64,000 nt of DNA from Eledone cirrhosa (GCA_964016885.1 OZ024747.1:59706001-59770000), one strand, 5' to 3'; numbered from the stretch's first letter, positions 1 to 14,890 are shown. Made by a program: numbers and translations. The notes: generated by a model from the sequence alone, not told the origin.

Positions 1-474
1 TGTGTATTTACATGTGTGTGTGTGTATAGGTGTGTGTATATAGGTGTGTGTATGCTTGTATGTGTGTATGTATATAGGTGTGTGTATGCTTGTATGTGTG
101 TGTATTTACATGTGTGTGTATGCATGTGTGTATGTATATAGGTGTGTATGCTTGTATGTGTATTTACATGTGTATGGGTGTGTGTATATGCTTGTATGTG
201 TGTATTTACATGTGTGTGTGTGTGTGTGTGTCTGTATGCATGTATGTGTATATGCTTGTATGCGTGTGTATTTACATGTGTGTGTGAGTGTGTATGCATG
301 TATGTGTGTATATAGGTGTGTATGCTTGTATGTGTGTGTATTTACAAATGTGTATGCATATGTGTATATGTATATAGGTGTGTGTATGCTTATGTGTGTA
401 TTTACATGTGTGTGTGTGTGTATGCATGTGTGTGTATGTATATAGGTGTGTGTATGCTTGTATGTGTGTGTATG
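1..474. repeat. Degenerate (TG/TA) simple repeat
   Basis: Reiterated tgtgtgtatgcttgtatg/tatttacatg motifs. Confidence 0.9.
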
Positions 475-789
475 CTGCCTCTCTCTGACAGTTTTTCCTC
501 CCTGTCTCGGCCTGCCAGTAACATTCTAAGATGAAATTAAATGTGGTCACCATTCATGAATAACTAGATTGCTTTTTATCATGAATTTTAATTTTCCCTC
601 AATCCCTTTCCCATCTTTATCTTATCCCCTTTGGTCCAATCACTTCCATCCTCCATCTTGTCTCTCCCTCTCCCCCTCTCTCTACATCTTCATGTCTCCC
701 TCTCCTTTTTTCTTTACATCTATATGCTGTCTTCCCTCTCCCTCATCTTCACGTCTCCCCCTCTCTACATCTTCACGTTTCCCCCTCTC

Positions 790-3700
790 TCTCTTTACAT
801 CTACATGTTGTCTCCCCCTTTCTCTCTCTTTACATCTACATGTTGTCTCCCCCCCTCTCTCTCTCTTTACATCTACATGTTGTCTCCCCCTCTCTCTCTC
901 TTTACATCTACATGTTGTCTCCCCCTCTCTCTCTCTTTACATCTACATGTTGTCTCCCCCTCTCTCTTTACATCTACATATTGTCTCCCCCTTTCTCTAC
1001 ATCTACATGTTGTCTCCCCCTCTCTCTCTCTTTACATCTACATGTTGTCTCCCCCTTTCTCTCTCTCTTTACATCTACATGTCTCCCCCTTTCTCTCTCT
1101 TTACATCTACATGTCTCCCCCTTTCTCTCTCTTTACATCTACATGTTGTCTCCCCCTTTCTCTCTCTTTACATCTACATGTTGTCTCCCCCTTTCTCTCT
1201 CTTTACATCTACATGTTGTCTCCCCCCTCTCTCTCACTTTACATCTACATGTTGTCTCCCCCTTTCTCTCTCTCTTTACATCTACATGTTGTCTCCCCCT
1301 TTCTCTCTCTTTACATCTACATGTTGTCTCCCCCTATCTCTCTCTTTACATCTACATGTTGTCTCCCCCTTTCTCTCTCTCTTTACATCTACATGTCTCC
1401 CCCTTTCTCTCTCTCTTTACATCTACATGTTGTCTCCCCCTTTCTCTCTCTCTTTACATCTACATGTTGTCTCCCCCTTTCTCTCTCTTTACATCTACAT
1501 GTTGTCTCCCCCTCTCTCTCTCTTTACATCTACATGTTGTCTCCCCCTTTCTCTCTCTTTACATCTACATGTTGTCTCCCCCTTTCTCTCTTTACATCTA
1601 CATGTTGTCTCCCCCTCTCTCTCTCTTTACATCTACATGTTGTCTCCCCCACTCTCTCTCTTTACATCTACATGTTGTCTCCCCCTTTCTCTCTCTTTAC
1701 ATCTACATGTTGTCTCCCCCTTTCTCTCTCTTTACATCTACATGTTGTCTCCCCCTTTCTCTCTCTTTACATCTACATGTTGTCTCCCCCTTTCTCTCTC
1801 TTTACATCTACATGTTGTCTCCCCCCTCTCTCTCACTTTACACCTACATGTTGTCTCCCCCTTTCTCTCTCTTTACATCTACATGTTGTCTCCCCCTTTC
1901 TCTCTCTCTTTACATCTACATGTTGTCTCCCCCTTTCTCTCTCTTTACATCTACATGTTGTCTCCCCCTTTCTCTCTCTCTTTACATCTACATGTTGTCT
2001 CCCCCTTTCTCTCTCTCTTTACATCTACATGTTGTCTCCCCCTTTCTCTCTCTCTTTACATCTACATGTTGTCTCCCCCTCTCTCTCTCTTTACATCTAC
2101 ATGTTGTCTCCCCCTTTCTCTACATCTACATGTTGTCTCCCCCTTTCTCTACATCTACATGTTGTCTCCCCCTTTCTCTCTCTCTTTACATCTACATGTT
2201 GTCTCCCCCACTCTCTCTCTTTACATCTACATGTTGTCTCCCCCTCTCTCTCTCTTTACATCTACATGTTGTCTCCCCCTTTCTCTCTCTTTACATCTAC
2301 ATGTTGTCTCCCCCTTTCTCTCTCTTTACATCTACATGTTGTCTCCCCCTTTCTCTCTCTTTACATCTACATGTTGTCTCCCCCTCTCTCTCTCTTTACA
2401 TCTACATGTTGTCTCCCCCTCTCTCTCTCTTTACATCTACATGTTGTCTCCCCCTTTCTCTACATCTACATGTTGTCTCCCCCTCTCTCTCTCTTTACAT
2501 CTACATGTTGTCTCCCCTTTCTCTCTCTCTTTACATCTACATGTCTCCCCCCTCTCTCTCTTTACATCTACATGTTGTCTCCCCCTTTCTCTCTCTTTAC
2601 ATCTACATGTTGTCTCCCCCTTTCTCTCTCTTTACATCTACATGTTGTCTCCCCCTATCTCTCTCTTTACATCTACATGTTGTCTCCCCCTTTCTCTCTC
2701 TCTTTACATCTACATGTCTCCCCCTTTCTCTCTCTCTTTACATCTACATGTTGTCTCCCCCTTTCTCTCTCTCTTTACATCTACATGTCTCCCCCTTTCT
2801 CTCTCTCTTTACATCTACATGTTGTCTCCCCCTTTCTCTCTCTCTTTACATCTACATGTTGTCTCTCCCTCTCTCTCTCTTTACATCTACATGTTGTCTC
2901 CCCTTTCTCTCTCTTTACATCTACATGTTGTCTCCCCCTTTCTCTCTCTTTACATCTACATGTTGTCTCCCCCCTCTCTCTCACTTTACATGTACATGTT
3001 GTCTCCCCCTTTCTCTCTCTTTACATCTACATGTTGTCTCCCCCTTTCTCTCTCTCTTTACATCTACATGTTGTCTCCCCCTTTCTCTCTTTACATCTAC
3101 ATGTTGTCTCCCCCTTTCTCTCTCTCTTTACATCTACATGTTGTCTCCCCCTTTCTCTCTCTCTTTACATCTACATGTTGTCTCCCCCTTTCTCTCTCTC
3201 TTTACATCTACATGTTGTCTCCCCCTCTCTCTCTCTTTACATCTACATGTTGTCTCCCCCTTTCTCTCTCTTTACATCTACATGTTGTCTCCCCCTTTCT
3301 CTCTCTTTACATCTACATGTTGTCTCCCCCTTTCTCTCTCTTTACATCTACATGTTGTCTCCCCCTTTCTCTCTCTTTACATCTACATGTTGTCTCCCCC
3401 CTCTCTCTCACTTTACATCTACATGTTGTCTCCCCCTTTCTCTCTCTTTACATCTACATGTTGTCTCCCCCTCTCTCTCTCTTTACATCTACATGTTGTC
3501 TCCCCCTTTCTCTCTCTTTACATCTACATGTTGTCTCCCCCTTTCTCTCTCTTTACATCTACATGTTGTCTCCCCCTTTCTCTCTCTCTTTACATCTACA
3601 TGTTGTCTCCCCCCTCTCTCTCACTTTACATCTACATGTTGTCTCCCCCTTTCTCTCTCTTTACATCTACATGTTGTCTCCCCCTTTCTCTCTCTCTTTA

Positions 3701-4952
3701 CATCTACATGTTGTCTCCCCCTTTCTCTCTCTCTTTACATCTACATGTTGTCTCCCCCTCTCTCTCTCTTTACATCTACATGTTGTCTCCCCCTTTCTCT
3801 ACATCTACATGTTGTCTCCCCTTTCTCTACATCTACATGTTGTCTCCCCCTTTCTCTCTCTCTTTACATCTACATGTTGTCTCCCCCACTCTCTCTCTTT
3901 ACATCTACATGTTGTCTCCCCCTCTCTCTCTCTTTACATCTACATGTTGTCTCCCCCTTTCTCTCTCTTTACATCTACATGTTGTCTCCCCTTTCTCTCT
4001 CTTTACATCTACATGTTGTCTCCTCCTTTCTCTCTCTTTACATCTACATGTTGTCTCCCCCTTTCTCTCTCTTTACATCTACATGTTGTCTCCCCCCTCT
4101 CTCTCACTTTACATCTACATGTTGTCTCCCCCTTTCTCTCTCTTTACATCTACATGTTGTCTCCCCCTTTCTCTCTCTCTTTACATCTACATGTTGTCTC
4201 CCCCTTTCTCTCTCTTTACATCTACATGTTGTCTCCCCCTTTCTCTCTCTCTTTACATCTACATGTTGTCTCCCCCTTTCTCTCTCTCTTTACATCTACA
4301 TGTTGTCTCCCCCTTTCTCTCTCTCTTTACATCTACATGTTGTCTCCCCCTTTCTCTCTCTCTTTACATCTACATGTTGTCTCCCCCTCTCTCTCTCTTT
4401 ACATCTACATGTTGTCTCCCCCTTTCTCTCTCTTTACATCTACATGTTGTCTCCCCCTTTCTCTCTCTTTACATCTACATGTTGTCTCCCCCTCTCTCTC
4501 TCTTTACATCTACATGTTGTCCTCCCCCTTTCTCTCTCTTTACATCTACATGTTGTCTCCCCCTCATCTCTCTCTTACATCTACATGTTGTCTCCCCCTT
4601 TCTCTCTCTTACATCTACATGTTGTCTCCCCCTCTCTCTCTCTTTACATCTACATGTTGTCTCCCCCTCTTCTCTCTCTCTTTACATCTACATGTTGTCT
4701 CCCCCTTTCTCTCTCTTTACATCTACATGTTGTCTCCCCTCTCTCTCTCTCTTTACATCTACATGTTGTCTCCCCTTTCTCTCTCTCTTTACATCTACAT
4801 GTTGTCTCCCCCTCTCTCTCTTTCTTTACATCTACATGTTGTCTCCCCCCTCTCTCTCTCTTTACATCTACAATGTTGTCTCCCCCTCTCTCTCTCTTTA
4901 CATCTACATGTTGTCTCCCCCTCTCTCTCTCTTTACATCTACATGTTGTCTC
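790..4952. repeat. Minisatellite, ~35-bp pyrimidine-rich unit, roughly 120 copies
   Basis: Unit ttacatctacatgttgtctccccctttctctctct repeated in tandem; length variation is mostly in the (CT)n part. Confidence 0.97.
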
Positions 4953-5029
4953 GTTCATGCTCTTTTTCTACAAGTTCCTGTTGACTCCCTCTCTCTTTCT
5001 CTCTACATCTTCATGTTTTCTCCCTCTCT

Positions 5030-5850
5030 CTTCTCTCTACATATTGCTCTTCTCCTCCCCTCTTTCCACATGCATTGCTCTTCCAACTCCCCCTCTTTCT
5101 ACACACATTGCTCTTCCAACTCCCCCTCTCACTGTACACTACTTTTTCTCCTACCCCCTCTCTACACATATTGCTGTTTCTCCACCTCCCTCTACACATT
5201 ACTCTTTCAACTCTACCACTTACTCCTCCCCCTCTCTGTCTACACATATTGCTTTTTCTCCTCCGCCTCTCTCTACACCTATTGCTCTTTCTCCTCCCCA
5301 CTCTCTACACCTATTGCTCTTTCTCCCCCGCCTCTCTCTACACCTATTGCTCTTTCTCCTCCCCCCTCTCTACACCTTTTGCTCTTTCTCCTCCCCCCTC
5401 TCTACACCTATTGCTCTTTCCTCTCCCCCCTCTCTACAATTATAGCTCTTTCCTCTCCCCCTCTCTACAATTATAGCTCTTTCCTCTCCCCCTCTCTACA
5501 CCTATAGCTCTTTCCTCCCCCCCTCTCTACACCTATTGCTCTTTCTTCTCCCCCTCTCTACACCTATTGCTCTTTCCCCTCCCTCTCTACACATATTCCT
5601 CTTTCTCCTCCCCCTCTCCCTACACATATTCCTCTTTCTCCTCCCCCTCTCTCTACACATATTCCTCTTTCTCCTCCCCCTCTCTCTACACATATTCCTC
5701 TTTCTCCCCCCTCTCTCTACACATATTGCTCTTTCTCCCCCCTCTCTTTACACATATTGCTCTTTCTCTCCCCCCCCTCTCTCTACACATATTGCTCTTT
5801 TTTTCTCCGCCCCTCTCTCTACACATATTGCTCTTTTTTCTCCCTCTCAT
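5030..5850. repeat. Degenerate related minisatellite
   Basis: Unit like ctctctacacatattgctctttctcctcccc, more diverged than the adjacent array. Confidence 0.85.
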
Positions 5851-6636
5851 TCTGTTATTTTTACTCTCTTTTCTATTCTTGTCTTTTTAACCCCTTTCAT
5901 TTATATTGCTTTCTCCAATCTCTATTTTATACATACACATTTTATCTGATTATCTCTCTCTCTTTCAATCACCATCTCTCTCTCTTTCAATCACCATCTC
6001 TCTCTCTTTCAATCACCATCTCTCTCTTTCTCACATATATATATATATCACTCTCTTTTGCTATCTCTCTCTCTCTCTCTTTTTCCATTCCTATCTCTTT
6101 TCTCTATTACTCTCTCTAACCATGTCACCAGTACTTTATTTCCTATTTGTTGGTCTCTCTCTGTCTCACCTCTAACCTATGTCTGACATTTACCAAAGTT
6201 CCAAAATGTCTTCAGCACATTCCTTCTTTACATTAACTCTTTTGGTACCAATTTGCCCCAAACTCTTCTGGTACCAATTTGCCCCAAACTCTTCTGATTC
6301 TATGAAACAAAACCACCCATTTTAAAGGAGTCTTATTTAAATACAAACGTTCCAACATGATTTTATTTCAGAAGATTTTGTTATGTTACAAATACAAATA
6401 CTTTTTTGTTTTTTTCAAATCCTTCCCCAGTTCTTAATTAAATAATTGAAATACAAAATATTCATTACAAATATGTTAATAAATGGGTTAACCCTTTTAA
6501 TAGCATCATGGCCAAAACTATCTCTGGTTCTATTTCAAAAGTTTCCTATTCAAATTCAAATTTTCCAACATAATTTCGTAAGAATCATACATTAAATTGT
6601 TTTATTAATGAAATAATTAACTTTAATAATTAACTT

Positions 6637-6960
6637 TACAAAATCAGAAACAGCACAGCCCCCATGACTTTCGGAAACATTTTTTCACGCTTAGAGTTGC
6701 TGAAGCATGGAACAAACTTCCTGCGTCAGTTGTTAGCTGTTGAGACACTGCATCCTTTAAAACCCTCATGCTTCCCGAAATTCACCAAAACTACACCTGA
6801 TGTACCCCTTCCATACACATGGACACACATGTATATCATGACTCATGCACTGTTCATTTTCCTGACGTTTGTACATTACCCTATGTACTATACATACACT
6901 TTTGATGAGTTGTAGTGCACCTGAGCACTGTACACAATATTTCATTATTATTATTATTAT
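6637..6960 (+). mobile_element. CR1-like LINE 3' fragment with (ATT)n tail
   Basis: Encodes HDFRKHFFTLRVAEAWNKLP, a CR1-type ORF2 C-terminal motif; homologous to 41420-41805 and 30700-30950. Confidence 0.8.
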
Positions 6961-8069
6961 TTAATAGATCCCTCAAAATTCTTCATTAATTAATTGAAAT
7001 AGTCTATTTAATCAGCAATATGGTCACAAAACGTTAATGGCATACCTGCTGTTTTCTTTAACAATATACATGAACCTCTATATAGATGTCAGAACTGTTA
7101 ATTCTTCCTTAATTCTCTACACATAGGTGTCATCCATATGTAGTGCCTATGAGTAGGGGAAGAGGTTCAGACACTATTTTTGTTTGGGTTGGGCTGGGGG
7201 ATCAATGATGAGGGGGTTTTACTTAACACTACACACACACACACGCACACACACATCATCCACATGTAGGACCTATAAGGAGGGGAAGAAGTTCAGACTG
7301 TATTTTTGTTTGAGGTGCTGGAGGGTCAATGAGGAGAAGAGGGCCCACAAATATCTAATGGCACCTATCCAGCAGGAACCTCTCAGGCCATTTGAAGAAC
7401 TTTGAGAAACCTGTCACTACTCAGGGTCGTAAAGCAAAGTTTCTCTTTGAGGCTCTGTCTTCGTGTAAGCTAAACACCTCACATAAGACACATTTCTTTG
7501 TAAATGGTAGCACTACTCAGTCCTCTTTTACTCTCTCATTACGATATTTCTTATTAAAGACACTCTCCATGAGTTTCAATAAATTTTGTAAATAATCAAG
7601 AATGTGTAGGTATTTAGTAATATAACTTTCTTATCATTAAGCTGGCATTTGGAACATAACTTAACAAAGGTGCTTACATCAAATTATGATGGAAAGATTT
7701 TAGATAAATATAAACACTTTAAAATAAACAGCTTTGTATTGTAGAACCTGAGGTAGTTTCAGGTGGTTTGTTACCAAAAGTGTTAACATTCTACACATAA
7801 ACACCATTACCACCACCACCACCACGTTTGTTTTCCCATACTTGCATTGGTCCAATGGATTTTCTCCAACACAGTTTCTCTCCACACATTGTGCTCCTTT
7901 TTCATCTCCTCTCTGAGGTTCAGCATTTTAAGATCAGTTCCAATCTTCTCTGCTTAGGTCTTCTTTGGTCTTTCTCTACTGCAGCTTCCTTTCACAGGCG
8001 TCCCCTGAAACTTTTTCACCCATTGATCATCATCCATACTAGAGCACTCTTCTCTCTAACACACAACAT

Positions 8070-10032
8070 CTGTACATCTGGTTCTTGTCTCTAACACACT
8101 ACATCTGGTTCTTCTCACCAACACACTACATCTGGTTCTTCTCACCAACACACTACATCTGGTTCTTCTCACCAACACACTACATCTGGTTCTTCTCTCC
8201 AACCCACTACATCTGGTTCTTCTCACCAACACACTACATCTGGTTCTTCTCACCAGCACACTACATCTGGTTCTTCTCACCAACAATCTACATCTGGTTC
8301 TTCTCACCAACGCACTACATCTGGTTCTTCTCACCAACGCACTACATCTGGTTCTTCTCACCAACGCACTACATCTGGTTTTTCTCACCAACAATCTACA
8401 TCTGGTTCTTCTCACCAACACACTACATCTGGTTCTTCTCACCAACACACTACATCTGGTTCTTCTCACCAACAATCTACATCTGGTTCTTCTCACCAAC
8501 AATCTACATCTGGTTCTTCTCACCAACAATCTACATCTGGTTCTTCTCACCAACACACTACATCTGGTTCTTCTCACCAACGCACTACATCTGGTTCTTC
8601 TCACCAACGCACTACATCTGGTTCTTCTCACCAACGCACTACATCTGGTTCTTCTCACCAATACACTAAATCTGGTTCTTCTCACCAATGCACTACATCT
8701 GGTTCTTCTCACCAACACACTACATCTGGTTCTTCTCACCAACACACTAAATCTGGTTCTTCTCACCAATGCACTACATCTGGTTCTTCTCACCAACACA
8801 CTACATCTGGTTCTTCTCACCAACAATCTACATCTGGTTCTTCTCACCAACGCACTACATCTGGTTCTTCTCACCAACGCACTACATCTGGTTCTTCTCA
8901 CCAACGCACTACATCTGGTTCTTCTCACCAACATACTACATCTGGTTCTTCTCACCAACATACTACATCTGGTTCTTCTCACCAACACACTACATCTGGT
9001 TCTTCTCACCAACAATCTACATCTGGTTCTTCTCACCAATGCACTACATCTGGTTCTTCTCACCAACACACTACATCTGGTTCTTCTCACCAACGCACTA
9101 CATCTGGTTCTTCTCACCAACGCACTACATCTGGTTCTTCTCACCAACACACTACATCTGGTTCTTCTCACCAATGCACTACATCTGGTTCTTCTCACCA
9201 ACAATCTACATCTGGTTCTTCTCACCAACAATCTACATCTGGTTCTTCTCACCAACACACTACATCTGGTTCTTCTCACCAACAATCTACATCTGGTTCT
9301 TCTCACCAACGCACTACATCTGGTTCTTCTTACCAACCCACTACATCTGGTTCTTCTCACCAACACACTACATCTGGTTCTTGTCTCTAACCCACTACTT
9401 CTGGTTCTTCTCACCAACACACTACATCTGGTTCTTCTCACCAACGCACTACATCTGGTTCTTCTCACCAACACACTACATCTGGTTCTTCTCACCAATG
9501 CACTACATCTGGTTCTTCTCACCAACGCACTACATCTGGTTCTTCTCACCAACACACTACATCTGGTTCTTCTCACCAACGCACTACATCTGGTTCTTCT
9601 CACCAACGCACTACATCTGGTTCTTCTCACCAACGCACTACATCTGGTTCTTCTCACCAACAATCTACATCTGGTTCTTCTCACCAACAATCTACATCTG
9701 GTTCTTCTCACCAACGCACTACATCTGGTTCTTCTCACCAACAATCTACATCTGGTTCTTCTCACCAACAATCTACATCTGGTTCTTTTCACCAACACAC
9801 TACATCTGGTTCTTGTCTCTAACACACTAGATCTGGTTCTTGTCTCTAACACACTAGATCTGGTTCTTGTCTCTAACACACTACATCTGGTTCTTGTCTC
9901 TAACACACTACATCTGGTTCTTGTCTCTAACACACTAGATCTGGTTCTTGTCTCTAACACACTACATCTGGTTCTTGTCTCTAACACACTACATCTGGTT
10001 CTTCTCACTAACTCTCTACATCTGGTCCTTCT
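8070..10032. repeat. Minisatellite, 27-bp unit, ~72 copies
   Basis: Unit ctacatctggttcttctcaccaacaca with a few variant units; the 27-bp frame is maintained throughout. Confidence 0.97.
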
Positions 10033-10199
10033 CTGCAAATAAACACCACAGCCTCACCCAACACATATATGAATGATGACCTTGATAGAAAACTTCACTG
10101 CCAATAAATGTCAGCCAAGTTACTTTCAACATGTTTTTTTCCATTGAGGTAAGAACACCAATGTCTATGACCTTTTAATTCTTAAAGGCTTTCAAGTCA

Positions 10200-10765
10200 T
10201 ATCAGCAGCAACAGCAGCACCAGTAGCAGTAGTAACAGCAACAGTAGTAATATTGTCAGCAGCAGCACCAGTAATAGTAGCAACAGCAGCAGCAACAGTA
10301 GTTGTAGTGGCAACAACAGCACTAGTAGCAAGTGTCAGCAGCAGTAGCAGTAGTAACAGCAGCAGCACCAGTAGTAACAGCAACAGTAGTAATATTGTCA
10401 GCAGCAGCAACAGTAGTAGTAGTGGCAACAGCAGCACTAGTAGCAATAGTGTCAGCAGCAGTAGCAGTAGCAGCAGTAGCAGTAATAACAGCAGCAGCAA
10501 CAGTAGCAGTAGTAACAGCAGCAGTAATAGTAGCAACAGCAGCAGCAACAGTAGTAGTAGTGCTAACCGCAGCACCAGTAACAAGTGTCAGTAGCAGTAG
10601 TAACAGCAGCAGCAACAGTAGCAGTAGTAACAGCAGCAGCAACAGTAGCAGTAGTAACAGCAGCAGCAACAGTAGCAGTAGTAACAGCAGCAGCAACAGT
10701 AGCAGTAGTAACAGCAGCAGCAACAGTAGCAGTAGTAACAGCAGCAGCAACAGTAGTAGTAGCAA
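10200..10765. repeat. (CAG/TAG/AAC) trinucleotide-derived low complexity
   Basis: agcagtagtaacagcagcagcaacagt units. Confidence 0.9.
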
Positions 10766-11479
10766 ATGCAAAGTCTACAGAAAAAAAAAACCCCTCCATA
10801 CTTAGGCAAGAGTAGAGTAGAATAGAGTGTGTTGTAGAGTAAGTGCTGGAAGAATATTCCATCTATATTATTGCTAGTGTTAGTGAAGAACAGCATAGAA
10901 GTATGATTGGGGGGGGGGGGGGGGATGTAATAAATGAATAATAAAACTTGATTCAAACGAATAATAAAACCCGATTGAAATGAATGTTATAATAATGATA
11001 ATCCTTAATTGTTGAATACAATTAGTATTTAAATTAGCCCGATTCTAAAGATTCTGTGTTGGAGAAAGAGGAGAATAATCATAAGAAAAAGAATATTCAA
11101 TTAATATAATGAATTTTAATTGTGTTATGTTGCTTCTTTCTTCCTTTACACCATCTTCAATGTTTCTATATGATTACCGTTTCTACAAAGTCTAATGAAG
11201 ATTGGTAAATAATGTATATATTATGTATATATTATTATCTTTTGGAGATTTTCAGGAGAAATAAAAATCAATTTATCTTTGAGAAAGAAATTGTTCTTAT
11301 TTCTATTTTAGAGAGAATTTCCACAAATGGAATGAAATGTGTTTTAATGAAAGGATTTTTAACAAATATAATAAAATATAAATGTATTTCTAGGTTTTAC
11401 TTCATTCTTAAAATCTGCCTACTTGAAAACTGTTTTTTTGTGGGAGATTTTCTCTTTATATTTATTTAATCATAACTTA

Positions 11480-12004
11480 TCATTGTTATTATCATTGTTA
11501 TTATTGTTATTATTATTATTATTGTTATTATTTTTATTATTGTTATCATTATTCTTATTGTTATTCTTCTTCTTCTTATTATTATTATTATTATAATACC
11601 TGACACAACAATCATCATCATCATTGCTATTACCAACATAATTATCAGATATCGTCACGACCACGACCACCGCCGCCGCCACCACCACCACCACCACCAT
11701 TGCCATCATATTACCACCACCACCACCATTGTCATCATATGACCACCACCACCACCACCATTGTCATCATATGACCACCACCACCACCACCATTGCCATC
11801 ATATTACCACCACCACCACCATTGCCATCATATTACCACCACCACCACCATTGCCATCATATTACCACCACCACCACCACCATATCACCATCATGATCAC
11901 CATCATATCATCATCATCACCATCATCATCATCACCACCATCATCATCATCACCACTACTGCCAGCACTATCAAGATCATCATCATTATCACTACTGTCA
12001 TCAC
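11480..12004. repeat. (TTA)n then (CAC/CAT)n simple repeats
   Basis: Direct reading. Confidence 0.9.
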
Positions 12005-12008
12005 ATTT

Positions 12009-12199
12009 AGGAGGGCGGTAGATTGGCAGTATCGGTAGAGGGCCTGATGCCATGCTTTGACGCATAGAGTTACGTCCCTTGCCATTCTGAGTTCAAATCC
12101 CACCAAGGTTAACTTTGCCTTTCATCCTTACGGGGTCGATAAAATAAAGTACCAGTAATGCACTGGGTAATTGCTGGCCTTGTGCCTAAAGTAGAAACA
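12009..12199 (+). mobile_element. tRNA-derived SINE family A (Meta-domain-like centre), full length
   Basis: A box tggcagtatcgg, B box gagttcaaatcc, centre gcctttcatccttacggggtcgataaaataaagtaccag; flanking direct repeat attatcactactgtcatcac (11985-12004/12200-12219). Confidence 0.9.
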
Positions 12200-12219
12200 A
12201 TTATCACTACTGTCATCAC

Positions 12220-13916
12220 CACCGTAAGCAATAGTATCACTACTACCATCACCACTATCATCATCACCACCACTATCATCAGCATCATTATCGGCACCAT
12301 CAACACCACTGCTGGCATCAACATCACTATCATTACCACTTCCACCAGCACCACAACTTCCACTATCATTACCACTTCCACCAGCACCACCACCTCCACC
12401 ATTTCCACCATCACAGCCATCATATCATCACTACTTCCACCACCAACACTATCAGCATCACCAGCACTACCACTACCACCACCTCCTCCACCATTTCCAC
12501 CATCATGACCATCATAACATCACCACCATTACCATCACCACTACCACCACCACCACCTCCACCATTTCCACCATCACCACCATTAACATTACCACCACCA
12601 TCATCACCACCTTCACCATTTCCACCACCACCACGATCACCACCATCCCAATCACCACCACCACCACCACGATCACCACCACCACCACCACCACGATCAT
12701 CACCACCACCACCACCACCACCACCACCACCACCACCACCACGATCACCACCATCCCAATCACCACCACCACCATCCCAATCACCCACCACCACCACCAC
12801 CACCACCACGATCACCACCACCACCACCACCACCACCACCACGATCACCACCACCACGATCACCACCACCACCACCACCACCACGATCACCACGATCACC
12901 ACCACGATCACCACCACCACCACCACCACCACGATCACCACCACCACCACCACCACCACGATCACCACTACCACCACGATCACCACCACCACCACCACCA
13001 CCACCACGACGACCACCACCACCACCACCACGATCACCACCACCACGATCACCACCACCACCACCACCACCACCACCACCACAATCACCACCATCCCAAT
13101 CACCACCACCACCATCCCAATCACCCACCACCACCACCACACCACCACCACCACGATCACCACCACCACCACCACCACCACCACGATCACCACCACCACC
13201 ACCACGATCACCACTACCACCACGATCACCACCACCACGACCACGACCACCACCACCACCACCACCACGATCACCACCACCACGATCACCACCACCACCA
13301 CGATCACCACCACACCACGATCACCACCACCACCACGATCACCACCACCACCACCACCACGATCACCACCACCACCACCACCACCACCACCACGATCACC
13401 ACCACCACCACCACGATCACCACCACCACCACCACCACGACCACCACCACGATCACCACCACCACCACCACGATCACCACCACCACCACCACCACGATCA
13501 CCACCATCCCAATCACCACCACCACCATCCCAATCACCCACCACCACCACCACCACCACCACGATCACCACCACCACCACCGCCACGATCACCACCACCA
13601 CCACGATCACCACCACCACCACGATCACCACCACGATCACCACCACCACCACGATCACCACCACGATCACCACCACCACCACGATCACCACCACGATCAC
13701 CACCACCACCACGATCACCACCACGATCACCACCACCACCACGATCACCACCACGATCACCACCACCACCACGATCACCACCACGATCACCACCACCACC
13801 ACGATCACCACCACGATCACCACCACCACCACGATCACCACCACCACCACGATCACCACCACCACCACCACCACCACCACCACCACCACCTCCACCACCA
13901 CCACCACCACCACCAC
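12220..13916. repeat. (CAC)n tract interrupted by GAT/CAT
   Basis: caccaccacgatcac reiteration. Confidence 0.95.
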
Positions 13917-14199
13917 TTACCTCACTTTTTACTGTAATAAGGCTATGTTTTAGCTTCCACTCTGAAATTAATTGCTATTTTTATTATGAAATTATTCCTG
14001 ATAAACAATGTTAATAATCTAACAGCTATTATTTATTCCCTTTTGTTGTTGTTGTTGTTATTTTTGTTTAAAATTGATTCCCATTCATAAAGCTAATACA
14101 TACAATAGTGAGGCAGCCAGATAGGCTATTCAGGAGTTTCTAATGAAGGATAAAAGACCTATTGATAGGAGCTGTTTTTAAATTAAAAATATATTCCCC

Positions 14200-14206
14200 A
14201 CTTCTC

Positions 14207-14238
<32 letters not shown>

Positions 14239-14670
14239 CGTATCTCTCTCTCTCCGTCTCTCTCTTCGTCTCTCTCTCTCTCTCCGTCTCTCTCTTCGTC
14301 TCTCTCTCTCTCTCTTCGTCTCTCTCTTCGTCTCTCTCTCTCTTCGTCTCTCTCTTCGTCCCTCTCTCTCTTCATCTCTGTTTCTCTCTTTCCTTCTCTC
14401 TCTTCATCTCTGTTTCTCTCTTTCCCTCTCTCCATCTCTCTTTTCCTCTCTCCATCTCTCTTTTCCTCTCTCCATCTCTCTTTCTCTCTCTCCATCTCTC
14501 TTTCTCTCTCTCCATCTCTCTTTCTCTCTCTCCGTCTCTCTCTGCATCTCTCCATCTCTGTTTCTCTCTCTCGTCTCTCTCTGCATCTCTCCGTCTCTCT
14601 CTGCATCTCTCCGTCTCTCTCTCTCTCTCTGTCTCCCTTTCTCTCCCTCTCTGTCTCTTTCTCTCTCTAT
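14200..14670. repeat. (CT)n-derived polypyrimidine tract
   Basis: Direct reading. Confidence 0.9.
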
Positions 14671-14851
14671 ATATATATGTATATATATACGCACACACAC
14701 ACACACTTTGCTACTTGTATATATCTTTGTTCCAACACATATATATATGTGTATGTATGTATATTATCTGTTGTTATTCATACACCTGTATCTGTCAATC
14801 AGTCTATCTATCTTTTGTAGACTATACACCATATAGCAAATCTAGTGTTAG

Positions 14852-14890
<39 letters not shown>

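Noticed and set aside
569-5507. Three overlapping ~1500-aa + strand ORFs
   Set aside because: All three frames are open only because the pyrimidine-rich repeat unit has no stop codons; unit-length changes shift frames freely
12009-12110. tRNA gene (A and B boxes)
   Set aside because: No cloverleaf seen; continues into a multi-copy SINE body with flanking direct repeats
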